Part shown: one piece after another, positions 49,681 through 59,954 of the stretch | Layout: each line of letters starts with the position of its first letter | Numbering within the stretch: the first letter of the stretch is position 1 | The notes under the pieces: model-generated | The model's database searches: none | What the model was told of the DNA's origin: nothing | What the model saw: the letters and a program-made list of their open reading frames with translations, nothing else | Assembly: GCA_963555995.3 (NCBI GenBank) | Contig: OY821641.1 | Location: 1,376,001 to 1,440,000, forward strand | Direction: 5' to 3' | DNA: 64,000 nt | Source: Vicinamibacteria bacterium | Lineage (GTDB): Bacteria; Acidobacteriota; Vicinamibacteria; Marinacidobacterales; Marinacidobacteraceae | Position numbers and translations under genes: made by a program

Positions 49681-50555
49681 TCCGCGCCGCTTTCGCCCTG
49701 TTGCTGGCGGCGCAGTTGTTCGGCGGGGGGGAACGGAACACCCGCGAGGGAGCGGAGCACTTCGAAGCGAACCGCCTGGAAGAGGCGCTGCGGGCCTTTT
49801 CGCGCGCGGAGGGGGAATTCCCGGACGCGCCCGAGAACGACCTGAACATCGCCGGGGTCCACTACCGGCTCGGCGAGGCGGAAGGCGCCCCGGCCGGGGA
49901 GGAGGGCCCGCTCGCCGAAGCGCTCCGTGGCTATCAGGCGGCGCTCGCGGGGGGCGCCGGCGGCCCGGACGGAGCGGTCCGGCGCGACGCCTTCTACAAC
50001 CTGGCCAACACCCTGTTCCGCGGCGGCGCGTTCCGGGAGGCGGCGGCCGCCTACGGGGAAGCCATCGCCCTCGACCCGGAAGACCTGGAAGCCCGGCAGA
50101 ACCTGGAGCGGGCGCTGCGCGCGGCCGATGAAGAAGAACGGCAGGGTGAGTCACCGGATCAGCAGCAACAGGATCAGCAACAACAGGGGCAGGATCAGGA
50201 GCCGCAGGACCAGGAGGGACAGGGAGCGCAGAGTCCCGAGGAACAGGGGCAGGACCGCCAGGACTCCCAGTCCTCCGAGGATCGGGACCCGGAGTCCGGC
50301 GATGAGCAACAGCCCCCTCCCGAAGGTTCCCCACAGTCCCACGACCAGCCACCCGCCGACGACGCGAGCGGCAGCGCACCCCAGGATGCCGGTCCGGACG
50401 CCGAAACGCCGGACTCCGCCCCCGGCGAGGTGCCCGAGATCAGCCCCGAGCAGGCGGAGCGCATCCTTGCCGCGCTCGCCGACGTGGAACGGGCGTTTCA
50501 GGAGGACCGGCTCGAGAAGCGCCGGGCCCGGGCCCTCCGGAGGGGCCGGCACTGA
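49677..50555 (+). CDS. batC: TPR protein BatC with Gln/Asp-rich linker
   Basis: AFYNLANTLF, ARQNLERA, QQQQD tract, ISPEQAERILAAL. Confidence 0.78.
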   Translation: MIRAAFALLLAAQLFGGGERNTREGAEHFEANRLEEALRAFSRAEGEFPDAPENDLNIAGVHYRLGEAEGAPAGEEGPLAEALRGYQAALAGGAGGPDGAVRRDAFYNLANTLFRGGAFREAAAAYGEAIALDPEDLEARQNLERALRAADEEERQGESPDQQQQDQQQQGQDQEPQDQEGQGAQSPEEQGQDRQDSQSSEDRDPESGDEQQPPPEGSPQSHDQPPADDASGSAPQDAGPDAETPDSAPGEVPEISPEQAERILAALADVERAFQEDRLEKRRARALRRGRH

Positions 50556-52477
50556 TGAGACGGGGCTTCGTGACCGCGGTCCTGGCGGTCCTGCTCGCGC
50601 CGTCCGTCCACGCCCAGGAGGCCGCCGAGGCGAGCGTGGACGCGGACCACATCGGGATCGAGGACACGCTCACCCTGACGGTCTCGGTGCCCGAGGAGCG
50701 CGGCGGAGCCCCCGCGCTGTCCAGACTTGCCGGGTTCGAGGTGCTGGGCAGCCAGCGGATGTCCAGGACCGAGATCGTCAACTTCCAGATGACGCGCGCC
50801 ACGGAATGGATCTACCGGCTCCGGCCGCTTTCGGTCGGAGAACTGACGATTCCGGAGATTCCGGTTCCGGGGTACCGGCCCACGTCCCCGATCCGGGTGC
50901 GCGTGGAGCAGGGCAGCCTCCGCCCCGGCGCCCCCGATCCGTTCGCGTCTCCCTTCTCGTCGCCCTTTCCCTCTCCCTTCGGCCTCGGGGATCCCTTCGA
51001 CCCGCGGCGCCGCCGCGAAGCGACGGTTCCGCAGGTTCGCGAAGAGGACGTCTTCGTCCGGGCCGAGGCGCCGGACTCCGGGGTGCGGGTGGGCGAGCAG
51101 GTTCTCGTCCTCTACCGGCTCTGGTCGCGGCTCCCGGTGTTTGCGGCGGCGCCGGTGGAGTTGGCCCAGCCGGAGGGGTTCTGGACCGAGGAGGTGGAGC
51201 TCCCCGACGTTCCCTGGCAGGAGCGCGGCCTGAGCGGGAGCGAGATCCGGGAGCGCCGGAGTCTGCCGGGGCCCCGCCGCGAACGCCGCACCCTGAACGG
51301 GGTGGCGTACGAGACCTATCCGCTGCTCATGCGCGCGGTCTTCCCGACCGGCGCCGGGGAACGCGAGCTCCCGGGACCGCGCTTCGAGGTCGGGATCGAG
51401 GGCGCGCGCCGGTCCTTTTTCGGCCCGGAGCAGGTGGTGGTGGTCCGGGAGGCGCCCGCGGTCACGATCCGCGCCGAACCCTTGCCCGACGCCGGGCGGC
51501 CCGCCGGGTTCACCGGCGCGGTCGGGGACTACGGTCTTCGCGCGGAGGTCCGGCGGGACGGCTCGCCGCTCGGCGACCGGACTGCGGCGGCCGGCGAGGC
51601 GCTCGTGCTCCGCGTCGAGCTCGAAGGGAACGGCAACCTGCGGGCGGCCGGAACGCCGGTCCTTCCCGAGGGGCCCGAGACGCGGCGGGCCTTCCGCTTC
51701 TTCGACCCGGATGCGTCTTCCGAGACCGGCCTCCGGGAGGAGGGATCGGGACTCGCCTTCGGCGGCCGGCAGATCTGGGAGTTCCCGATGGTGCCCGAGG
51801 CCGGCGGGGTCCGGAACATCGCCGCCGTGACCCTCGATGTCTTCAACCCGCGGACCGGCGCTTACGAGGAGCTGGCTTCGGATCCCCTCCGGATTCGCGT
51901 GGAAGGAGCGGCCGCGGCGGCGCCGGGAGCCGAGGGCCCGGTCGGGGTGGAGCGGTTCGGGGAGGACATCCGGTATCTGAAGCCCGTGGGTCGCGAGACG
52001 GGTCCGCCGGGCGGTCCCTGGCGTCCCGGGGCGCTCTTCGGTCTGGGCCTCGCGCTGCCGGTGCTGTGGAACCTGGGACTCCTCGCGGTCCGGCGGCGGC
52101 GGGCCTGGCGGGAAGCGCATCCGGCCGAGTTCCGCCGTCTCCGGGCCGCCCGGGATGCCCGGCGGGCGCTCTCGCGGGTGACGGGAGACGGGCCGGAGGC
52201 CGCCGCCCGGGTCGGGGAGGCGCTCACCGAATACGCGGCGGCGCGGCTGGGCGGGTCCCGGCACGGCTTCACCCCCGAGAGCGCGGCGCGGCGTCTTCAG
52301 GACGCCGGCGCGGCGGCGGACGCCGCCCGCCGCTTCCGGGCGCTCCTCTCCCGCTCCGAAGCGGCGCGCTTCGCCGCGTCCGCAGGGGGAGACCGGGCGG
52401 GTTCCGACGCGAAGGAAGCCGCCGAACTCGTCCGCGAGCTCGAGGCGCAGCTCGGCGGGAAGCGAGGTGCGGGATGA
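50555..52477 (+). CDS. batD: BatD family protein
   Basis: Signal peptide, repeated Ig-like BatD units, GFTGAVG, EGNGNL, DIRYLK, TM helix. Confidence 0.82.
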   Translation: MRRGFVTAVLAVLLAPSVHAQEAAEASVDADHIGIEDTLTLTVSVPEERGGAPALSRLAGFEVLGSQRMSRTEIVNFQMTRATEWIYRLRPLSVGELTIPEIPVPGYRPTSPIRVRVEQGSLRPGAPDPFASPFSSPFPSPFGLGDPFDPRRRREATVPQVREEDVFVRAEAPDSGVRVGEQVLVLYRLWSRLPVFAAAPVELAQPEGFWTEEVELPDVPWQERGLSGSEIRERRSLPGPRRERRTLNGVAYETYPLLMRAVFPTGAGERELPGPRFEVGIEGARRSFFGPEQVVVVREAPAVTIRAEPLPDAGRPAGFTGAVGDYGLRAEVRRDGSPLGDRTAAAGEALVLRVELEGNGNLRAAGTPVLPEGPETRRAFRFFDPDASSETGLREEGSGLAFGGRQIWEFPMVPEAGGVRNIAAVTLDVFNPRTGAYEELASDPLRIRVEGAAAAAPGAEGPVGVERFGEDIRYLKPVGRETGPPGGPWRPGALFGLGLALPVLWNLGLLAVRRRRAWREAHPAEFRRLRAARDARRALSRVTGDGPEAAARVGEALTEYAAARLGGSRHGFTPESAARRLQDAGAAADAARRFRALLSRSEAARFAASAGGDRAGSDAKEAAELVRELEAQLGGKRGAG

Positions 52478-53286
52478 GCCGTCGCCTGCTCCTGGCCTCG
52501 CTGGGACTGGCCGCGGGGATCGGACTGCCTGGAGCCGCGGTCTCGCAGGAGAGTCCCGAGGCCGAGGCGGCGGCCGCCGCCCGGAGCTATGACGCGGGGG
52601 CCTACGAGGCCGCGGCGGCCGGCTATCGCCGGCTGCTCGCGGCCCCCGGAGGTCTCGACCGGGCCGCGCTTCACTACAACCTCGGAAACGCCGAGTACCG
52701 GACCGGCCGGCTCGGCCACGCGATGCTGCACTGGGAGCGCTCGCTCGCGATCCGGCCCGGCGACGGAGACGCCCGGGCCAACGTCGCCCTCGCGCGCGCC
52801 GTCCTCGACCGGCGGCTCACCGAGGCCGCGGCGGCCGGCGACCCGGACACGTTCCTGCTCGAGTTGCTCCGGTCCATGCAGGGGTTCCAGGTCTGGCTGC
52901 GCCGGACGCCGCCGTCGCGCTTTGCCGGGTCGCTCAGCGCGTTCGTGCTGCTGGCCGGCGCCTGCTGGACCTTCCTGATGATCCGGCGCGGCCGGCGGGG
53001 GTTGCTGCTGGCCGTTCTCGGACTCTCCCTCATCGCCACGACGGCCTCCGGGGTCCTCCTCCAGCTCCGGCTCACGGTTCCGCCGGTGGCGGTGGTGGTG
53101 CAGCCGGGCGCCGCGCTGCGCAGCGGCCCCGGCCATTCGTTCCCGCAGCTCGCCGCGCTCCCGGAGGGGCTCTACCTGGAACTCGACCGCGAGGGTGGGG
53201 CGCAGGACGGGTTCCGGCGCGTGGTCGCGGCCGGCATCGTGGGCTACGCCGACGGGGAGAGCGTCGTCCCGGTGGACGAGCGCTAG
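52474..53286 (+). CDS. batE: TPR + SH3b protein BatE
   Basis: LHYNLGNAEYR.GRLGHA, DARANV, two TMs, LRSGPG SH3b. It is the last 270 aa of the listed 1119-aa ORF. Confidence 0.78.
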   Translation: MSRRLLLASLGLAAGIGLPGAAVSQESPEAEAAAAARSYDAGAYEAAAAGYRRLLAAPGGLDRAALHYNLGNAEYRTGRLGHAMLHWERSLAIRPGDGDARANVALARAVLDRRLTEAAAAGDPDTFLLELLRSMQGFQVWLRRTPPSRFAGSLSAFVLLAGACWTFLMIRRGRRGLLLAVLGLSLIATTASGVLLQLRLTVPPVAVVVQPGAALRSGPGHSFPQLAALPEGLYLELDREGGAQDGFRRVVAAGIVGYADGESVVPVDER

Positions 53287-53309
53287 CTAGCTGCTCAGGA
53301 CGGGCGTCG

Positions 53310-54632
53310 TCAGTCGATCGCTCCGTCCAGGCGCCGAAGGGACTCGAGGAGCACCCGGGCCCCGTTCGTGATGTCGGAGACGCTCGTGAACTCCCGGGGT
53401 GAATGGCTGATCCCGTCCTGGCTCGGGACGAAGATCATGCCGACGGGCGCCAGCACGGCGATGGACTGGGCGTCGTGTCCCGCTCCGGACGGCATGCGCA
53501 CGTTCGATAACCCGAGGCTTGTGGCGGCGGCCTCCATGGTGTCCATGAACAGCGGGTCGCAGGGGGCGGCGCGGCTCAGGTAGTACTCCTCGAAGGTGAT
53601 GTCCGTCTGGTTCCGGCGCGCGATCTCGCGTCCCAGCTCCTGGAAACGCTGGTAGAGGGCCTCGATCGTCTCCATCCTGAGGTCCCGGATTTCGAGAGTC
53701 AGGTCGACCGCGCCCGGAATGACGTTCGCCGCGCCGGGGTGCGCCTCGATGCGGCCGACCGTGGCTACCTGCCGCCCCGGCCACGCCTGGGTCTCCTCGT
53801 GGACCGCCACCAGGAAGCGGCCCGCGGTCACGAGCGCGTCCCGGCGGATCCCCATCGCGGTGGTGCCCGCGTGGTTTGCGAACCCGGATACCCGAACCTG
53901 GAAGCGTCGGATGCCGACGATGCCCTCGACGATACCGATGGCGATCCCCTCGGTGGCGAGGGTGGGGCTCTGTTCGACGTGCAGTTCGAGGAAGCCCGCA
54001 TAGTGACCGGGTTCGAGGGCCGCCTCGGTGATGCGTTCCGGCGAGCCGCCCACCCGGGCGAGCGCCTGGCCCAGGGTCAACCCGCCGTACACCGGCAGGT
54101 CCATCTCGTCCGGGGTGACTTCCCCGGCGAGCGCCCGGCTTCCGGTCTTCCCGTTCTCCTCGTTGAAGAAGTCGACCACTTCGAGGGGGTGCCGGAGCGG
54201 CGTGCCCGAGGCGGCGATGGCGGTCGCTGCCTCGAGGGAGGCGATCGAGCCGGCCACCCCGTCGAAGTTCCCGCCCGCCGGAACCGAATCGAGGTGCGAC
54301 CCGGTGAGCAGGGGAGGCAGCGAGGCATCGGTTCCGGCGAGGCGTCCGATCAGGTTGCCGGCGAGATCGGTGCGCACCTCGAATCCGGCCTCCTCGAGCC
54401 AACCGGCGAAGGCCTCGCGGGCCGCGAGATCGGCGTCGCTCCCCGCGGTTCGGAAGGCGCCCTCCGGCATCGCGCCGAACCCGGCGATGGCTTCCAACCG
54501 GCTGGCGACGCGTTCACCGTCAACGCCGTCCTGAAGGGTTCGGGACGCGCGGGCGAGGCGGGGGACGGAAGCGAAGGCCGCGGCGGCGGGAGCCGTACGG
54601 GCCAGGAATTCGCGGCGGGTGGGGTGGGGCAT
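53310..54632 (-). CDS. Tat-exported M20 Zn amidohydrolase (allantoate / N-carbamoyl-amino-acid amidohydrolase family)
   Basis: TRREFL; GSHLDSVP.GG.FDG, EE, ELHVEQ, NHAGTT, SGAGHDAQ, GISHSPRE. Confidence 0.88.
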   Translation of the reverse strand: MPHPTRREFLARTAPAAAAFASVPRLARASRTLQDGVDGERVASRLEAIAGFGAMPEGAFRTAGSDADLAAREAFAGWLEEAGFEVRTDLAGNLIGRLAGTDASLPPLLTGSHLDSVPAGGNFDGVAGSIASLEAATAIAASGTPLRHPLEVVDFFNEENGKTGSRALAGEVTPDEMDLPVYGGLTLGQALARVGGSPERITEAALEPGHYAGFLELHVEQSPTLATEGIAIGIVEGIVGIRRFQVRVSGFANHAGTTAMGIRRDALVTAGRFLVAVHEETQAWPGRQVATVGRIEAHPGAANVIPGAVDLTLEIRDLRMETIEALYQRFQELGREIARRNQTDITFEEYYLSRAAPCDPLFMDTMEAAATSLGLSNVRMPSGAGHDAQSIAVLAPVGMIFVPSQDGISHSPREFTSVSDITNGARVLLESLRRLDGAID

Positions 54633-54754
54633 CCGGGCAATTGTGCGCTTTCCGGATCGGCTGGTGTCCCCGCCCGCCCGGTACCGCCGTTTCGGCGTCT
54701 CCGGGCGGCGCGCTGGTATGTTTCCGCCGAAGTTCAGCGGAACCCCGGAAACGC

Positions 54755-55858
54755 ATGACGAGAGCGGCGCGCCCGATGACCCGCCGGGCGTTTCTGAAGC
54801 CGAACCGCCGACGCCGGTCCCAGGACGAGCGGCTCACGCCCGACGGATACGCGGAAATGGTGGCCGCCTACCGCGACGGCCGGTTCATCGAAATGGCCCG
54901 GCGGGCCGGCCTCCGCGTCCCGGTGGAGATGCGCGACGCGCAGCGGGGATTCCTCGACCGGCTGCCTCCGGTGCGTGATCCCGAGGGACTCCGGGCACGG
55001 ATGGCGGCGGCGCTCCTGCACGCGGAGACGGTGGCTCATTTCGGCTGGAACCGGGCGATCTGGTCCATCCGAGAACCCGTGGACGAGCTTCCGCGGCGCT
55101 GGCCCGGGGACCTCCCGGACCAGGCCCGTCAGGAGGCGGTCGCGAGCTGGGGAAGGGAGGGCGCCGGCAACTTCCGCAATCTGTTCTGGCGTGAAGTGGT
55201 GCTCATGGCGGCCCGGCTCCGGCTGGCGCGGATGGACCTGTTGTCCGCCAGCCGGATCCTCGTGGAGGCGGAGCCCGGGCGCGACGCCGCCATCGCCTGG
55301 CAACTCGCCGTGGTCTGGTCGGTGCGGGCTCGCTACGTTCGGGAGGACGGCCTCTGGAGCGATACGAGGGACCTGTTCCGGGAGGCGGCGCGGCGGAAGC
55401 TGGTGAGCCGGGAGGTGTCCGTGAACTCGTTCCGGACCGTCGCACGCGCTCTCGGGGATGAGGACGACCTGAACCTCCGGCTCGCGCTCGTCGCGCTCGG
55501 CGAGGGGCGGACCAGCCGCGCCGCCGACCGCCTGCGGGAGGTGAGGGACAAGCCCGCGCTCCGGCTCCAGTTGCCGCGGCTCATGCTGCTGGGCGAGACC
55601 CGGATCGCCGAGAACCGGCTCGATCACGCGGTCCGCGACCTGCGGCAGGCGGTGGAGCTGGCCCCCACCTCCCACGCCGTGGTCGCCGCGCTGGTCGCGG
55701 CGCTCGAGGCGCGGGGGCGCTGGGACGAGGCGGCGGAACTCGCGACCGAGCAGATGGGGCTGGAGCGCGGAGACCGCGCCTGGACGGATTTCCTCATCAC
55801 CTGGGCGAAACCGCAGGAGCCCGCGCTCGATTGGCTGCGCAACCTGGTCCGGACGTGA
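54755..55858 (+). CDS. TPR-like helical protein (AAALLHAE motif)
   Basis: High-GC3 ORF with helical/TPR-like C-terminus; coupled (GTGA) to the VWA gene; paralogous to 59955-60956. Confidence 0.6.
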   Translation: MTRAARPMTRRAFLKPNRRRRSQDERLTPDGYAEMVAAYRDGRFIEMARRAGLRVPVEMRDAQRGFLDRLPPVRDPEGLRARMAAALLHAETVAHFGWNRAIWSIREPVDELPRRWPGDLPDQARQEAVASWGREGAGNFRNLFWREVVLMAARLRLARMDLLSASRILVEAEPGRDAAIAWQLAVVWSVRARYVREDGLWSDTRDLFREAARRKLVSREVSVNSFRTVARALGDEDDLNLRLALVALGEGRTSRAADRLREVRDKPALRLQLPRLMLLGETRIAENRLDHAVRDLRQAVELAPTSHAVVAALVAALEARGRWDEAAELATEQMGLERGDRAWTDFLITWAKPQEPALDWLRNLVRT

Positions 55859-56787
55859 CCCCGCGGCGCCGGGACGCCGGAGCGCCGTCGGCGCCGTTCC
55901 GGACCCGCCGTTTCGGGCCACTGACGCTTCTCGCCGCGGCCTCGGCGGCTCTCATCGCCCCGCCCGCTGCGACAGCCCAGTTCCGGGTGGAGACCCGCGC
56001 CGTCCTGGTGGACGTCTCGGTGACCCGCGACGGCCCGGTGCGCGGGCTCCGGAAGGAGGACTTCGAGCTGCGGGTCGCGGGTCAGCCCCGGGACTTCCGG
56101 CTGCTCGATCCGGAGTCGCTGCCGCTTGCGGTGCTCTTCGCGATGGACGTGAGCGCGAGCACCGCCGGGGAGCGGCGGCGGCGGCTGGCGGCGGGCGCGC
56201 GGCAGTTCGCCGGGGCGCTCACCGAACTCGACGACTGCGGCGTGGTGGCGTTCTCGAACCGCGCGCGCTGGGTCCGCGAGTTCGGGCCCTGCGGCCCCGA
56301 CGTGGGCGCGGGCCTGCTTCAGAGCAGCGGCGGCGGAGCGACGGCGCTCTGGGACGGCATCGTGATGTCCCTGGCGGCGCTCCACTGGGGGAGCGGCCGG
56401 CCGGTGCTGCTGCTGTTCACCGACGGGATGGACAACCTGAGCTGGGCGCGCGAGCAGCACATCCGACGCTCCGTCCAGGCCTCCGAAGTCCTCCTCTATT
56501 CGATCATCGCGCCCGTGCCCCGGGCCTCGCGGAACCTGCGGCCGGACCGGAGCGGGATCGAACTCCTCGAAGATCTGGTCCGGACTACCGGCGGCCGTTC
56601 GGTGACCATCCGTTCGGACGAGGATCTCGAGGAAGCCTTCCGGGAGGTCCTGCGCGATCTCCGGGTGCGCTATGTGCTCGCGTTCAGTCCCGACCCGGAG
56701 CGCCGGGGTTTCGTGCCCATCGAGGTCCGCGTGAAGCAGCGGCGGGTCCGGGTCCGCGCCCGCGAGGGGTATACGGCACGGCCCTGA
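55855..56787 (+). CDS. Acidobacterial VWFA-related exported VWA protein
   Basis: Signal peptide; FRVETRAVLVDVSVT..GPVRGL.KEDF; MIDAS DVSAST; TALWDG; LFTDGMD; TGG; Y.LAF.P; VRAREGY. Confidence 0.82.
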   Translation: MTPRRRDAGAPSAPFRTRRFGPLTLLAAASAALIAPPAATAQFRVETRAVLVDVSVTRDGPVRGLRKEDFELRVAGQPRDFRLLDPESLPLAVLFAMDVSASTAGERRRRLAAGARQFAGALTELDDCGVVAFSNRARWVREFGPCGPDVGAGLLQSSGGGATALWDGIVMSLAALHWGSGRPVLLLFTDGMDNLSWAREQHIRRSVQASEVLLYSIIAPVPRASRNLRPDRSGIELLEDLVRTTGGRSVTIRSDEDLEEAFREVLRDLRVRYVLAFSPDPERRGFVPIEVRVKQRRVRVRAREGYTARP

Positions 56788-56851
56788 GCTGAAGGAGCCA
56801 CCGCCGGGAAACGTCGGCCGGTCCGCTGGTGGGCGAGATGCCTGCCGCGAC

Positions 56852-57268
56852 TCACGCGGGGACCGCGCTGTCCGCCGCCAGCCGCGCCGACCAGTTCGTC
56901 TCGGTGTCCTTCGCGAGGCTGTGGAGGACGCTGCAGTACTTGGCGAACGAGAGCTCGACGGACTGTTCGAGGCGGTCCTGGACCACGTCGCCGCCGGAGG
57001 CGGTGAACTCCAGCCGGATGCTGACGAAGCGCCTCGGGTGATCGTCGGCGCGCTCGCCGGAGACGCGGGCCGAGAGGCGTTCCGGCGCGCGGCGCATGCG
57101 CTTCAGGATGTGGACGATGTCAATCGCCATGCAGCCGGCCACGGCGGCGAGCAGGGACTCCATGGGCGACGGGCCGTCCCGCGCTTCGCTGTCGAGCGTG
57201 ACCGAGGCCCCGGAGGGGGTGGTGACGCGGTAGCCGGTGGCTCCGTTCCATTCGAGTTCTACGTGCAT
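56852..57268 (-). CDS. OsmC/YhfA family protein
   Basis: GPSPMESLLAAVAGCMAID, KYCSV. Confidence 0.88.
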   Translation of the reverse strand: MHVELEWNGATGYRVTTPSGASVTLDSEARDGPSPMESLLAAVAGCMAIDIVHILKRMRRAPERLSARVSGERADDHPRRFVSIRLEFTASGGDVVQDRLEQSVELSFAKYCSVLHSLAKDTETNWSARLAADSAVPA

Positions 57269-57339
57269 GGGGTTCTCTTGTTGGGGTGGGTCAGGGGGTT
57301 GCGGTAAGTGCGTTCTGGCTCCTTGGGGATTCGGGATTT

Positions 57340-57384
57340 CGCTGCGCTGCGCGCAGCGGTGCCGGTCTGAAGACCGGCGCTCCC
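57340..57384 (-). repeat. REP-like double-hairpin element
   Basis: CGCTGCGC-TGC-GCGCAGCG-GT-GCCGGTCT-GA-AGACCGGC-GCTCCC. Confidence 0.85.
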
Positions 57385-57392
57385 TACCCCCC

Positions 57393-58640
57393 TCAGCGTT
57401 CCCGGCGGAGGACCAGGGAGACGTTCGTGCCGCCGAAGCCGAAGGAGTTGGAGAGGGCCCATTCCGCATCGGTCGCGGTCGGCCGCACTACGGGCGGGTA
57501 GTCCTCCAGCTCGGGATCGAGAGGTTCGGCGTTCACCGACGGCGCGAGCCAGCCTTCGCGGAGCATGAGCAGGGTGAAGGCGGCCTCCAGGGCGCCGGCG
57601 GCGGATACGGTGTGGCCCGTGTAGCCCTTCGTCGAGCCGTAGGGGACCGGGGCGTCCTCGAAGACCCGGCGGATGGCCCGCACCTCCGAGATGTCGCCGA
57701 GCGGGGTGGAGGTGCCGTGGGTGTTGATGTATCCGACCCGCTCGCGGAGCAGCCGCGCGTGGCGGAGCGCCCGGCCCATCGCCAGTTCCGCCCCTTCGCT
57801 GTCCGGGGCCACCATCTCGCCGGTCCCGTCGGAGGACATGCCAAAGCCAGCGACGGAACCGAGGATCTCCGCGCCGCGCCGTTCGGCGGACTCGCGCGAC
57901 TCCAGCGCCAGGATGCCGGCGCCCTCCCCGAAGATGAAGCCGGCGCGGTCGGCGGCGTAGGGTCGCGACGCCATCTCGGGGCGGTGGTTGTCCAGCCGGG
58001 TATAGGCGCGCATGGAGTCGAACCCGAGATGGAAGTGCACGTCCTCGGCTTCGACGCCGCCCGCCAGCGCATGGTCCACGATGCCCTCCCGGATCCACGA
58101 AGAGGCGATGGCGAGGTTGTAGGCGCCCCCGGCGCAGGCCGCCGTCGCCGACAGCGACGGACCCCGCGTCTTCAGTACCGTCGCCAGGTTCGCGGACACC
58201 GTGGAGGCCATGATGCGCGGGATCGTGGTGGGGAGCACCTTGACACGGCCGCCGCGCTGGACGCGCCGGACCACCTCGCGGTGCGTCTCGATTTCTCCGG
58301 TGCCGGTGCCGACCACCACCGCCAGTTCCCGGGTCGGGAGCCCGGACTGTTCGAGGGCGAGCCGGGCGGCGCGGACGGCGAGCAGCGACATGCGGCCCAT
58401 GAAGCGCGCCTCGGAACGGCTGAGTCCCAGGTCCGCCGGATCGAGGGCGTCCCGGTAGGCGCCGACCAGTTGACACCCCGTCTGGTACTCGACCCCGGGC
58501 GGGTACACCGAACAGGGAACCTGAGCCCCCGCCTTCAAAGTCTCGCGGTGCGCGGCGGTTCCGGTGCCGACCTGGGACAGGAGGCCCATCCCGGTGACGA
58601 CCGGGTCACGCGGCGAGACGGAGGGGTGGGGTTCTGACAA
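57393..58640 (-). CDS. Beta-ketoacyl-ACP synthase (FabF/FabB family)
   Basis: TAACAGG (catalytic Cys), SRPY..DR.GF..GEG, INTHGTST, STKGYTGH, SNSFGFGGTN. Confidence 0.9.
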   Translation of the reverse strand: MSEPHPSVSPRDPVVTGMGLLSQVGTGTAAHRETLKAGAQVPCSVYPPGVEYQTGCQLVGAYRDALDPADLGLSRSEARFMGRMSLLAVRAARLALEQSGLPTRELAVVVGTGTGEIETHREVVRRVQRGGRVKVLPTTIPRIMASTVSANLATVLKTRGPSLSATAACAGGAYNLAIASSWIREGIVDHALAGGVEAEDVHFHLGFDSMRAYTRLDNHRPEMASRPYAADRAGFIFGEGAGILALESRESAERRGAEILGSVAGFGMSSDGTGEMVAPDSEGAELAMGRALRHARLLRERVGYINTHGTSTPLGDISEVRAIRRVFEDAPVPYGSTKGYTGHTVSAAGALEAAFTLLMLREGWLAPSVNAEPLDPELEDYPPVVRPTATDAEWALSNSFGFGGTNVSLVLRRER

Positions 58641-58737
58641 GAGATTCTCCTGACCGGACTAGGATGCCGACCCCGGAGCCGTCACGGAAGGATGCGCGGC
58701 AACTCGCGGCGGGCATTCCAGGGAGAAGGGAAGGCGC

Positions 58738-59892
58738 ATGATGGTCCACTCGCGAGTCGCGATCCTCGGTTTCGTTCTGCTGGCGGCATCCGCGTGGATA
58801 CCGGGATGCGGCGGCGGAACGGTAACGCCTCCGCGGGAGCAGGGGTCCGGAACACTCGGGGCCGCGGCGGCAGACCTGGAGTGGGCGCGGGACTTTGTGG
58901 CCCGGCAATTCGTGGTGGACGGCACCGCCAGCAGCCTCGCCAGGGTGGACCCGGACTGCTCCGCCGGGTGCGAGCGCAGCGTCTTTCCCGGTACCGGCCC
59001 GGGAGATTTCGGGACGCTCAAGGCGGTCACCGGGATTGACCTGGGGGTGTTCAGCATGAGTGGCTTCGGACTCGACGGCATGGTGGATTTCCGGGACCGG
59101 ACCACCGACGGGACGATTGCGAACGCACGGGTGGTTCTCAGCTATGACGACATCGAAACCGCGCGGGAGAACGGCGAATACGGCTACCTGTTCTACGTGC
59201 AGTCGCGGGTCCCGCCGCAATGGCAGCTCGGCGGGGGCCTCGCCCCTCTGGAGCGCTGGTACGACGAGGGTCTGCGGGTCCTGCAGCTTCGGTACGGGGA
59301 CAAGGAGGGAGACGATCCCGACGAGCGGCTCGCCTACGGTTCCTACGAGGGGGATGACCAAGGGGTTACGGAACTGGGCCGCAGGGCCATCGCCGAGATG
59401 AACCGGCTGGGCATGATCGTGGACGTTTCGCATCTCAGCCGGCAGTCCACGCTGGACGCGGCGTCCCTGTCCACGAAGCCGGTCCTCGCCACCCACACGA
59501 ACGCGGCGGCGCTGACCCCCCAGCCCCGCACCAAGGACGACGACGAACTGCGGGCCATCGCGGCCACCGGCGGCGTGATCGGGGTCACGCCGATCGGCTG
59601 GATGATGGACCGGGACGGTGACGGGAAGGCGGGTATGGCCGATCTGATCGCCCACCTCGAGTACATCGTGGGACTCGTCGGAGTGGACCACGTCGGCGTC
59701 GCGACGGACGCCGCGCTCGACGGCTGGGACCCGGACTCGCGTCACTATGCAGATGCCGAGACCGCGGCGTTGGATCGGTGGGTGCGCCTCACCGCCGAAC
59801 TCCACGCGCGCGGCTGGAACGAGGAGGACCTGGCGAAGCTGCTGGGCGGCAACTTCCTGCGGGTGTTCGCCGAAGTGCTCGGGACGCCCTGA
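58738..59892 (+). CDS. Membrane dipeptidase (M19) family lipoprotein
   Basis: Lipobox-like WIPGC; GVTELGR..IAEMNRLGMIVDVSHLS, THTN, R..DD, GVDHVGVATD, LLGGNFLRV. Confidence 0.8.
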   Translation: MMVHSRVAILGFVLLAASAWIPGCGGGTVTPPREQGSGTLGAAAADLEWARDFVARQFVVDGTASSLARVDPDCSAGCERSVFPGTGPGDFGTLKAVTGIDLGVFSMSGFGLDGMVDFRDRTTDGTIANARVVLSYDDIETARENGEYGYLFYVQSRVPPQWQLGGGLAPLERWYDEGLRVLQLRYGDKEGDDPDERLAYGSYEGDDQGVTELGRRAIAEMNRLGMIVDVSHLSRQSTLDAASLSTKPVLATHTNAAALTPQPRTKDDDELRAIAATGGVIGVTPIGWMMDRDGDGKAGMADLIAHLEYIVGLVGVDHVGVATDAALDGWDPDSRHYADAETAALDRWVRLTAELHARGWNEEDLAKLLGGNFLRVFAEVLGTP

Positions 59893-59954
59893 CCGGTCTC
59901 CGTACGCCCCGACTGGCACGCATCCTGCTAGATTCACTCTTTCGGGGATTTTCG

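Noticed and set aside
49927-53286. 1119-aa ORF suggesting a giant fusion
   Set aside because: Only the last 270 aa (from ATG 52474) is BatE; the rest is an off-frame read-through of batC/batD.
57393-58640. Stand-alone ketosynthase as a secondary-metabolite cluster
   Set aside because: No ACP, chain-length factor, or tailoring genes are adjacent.
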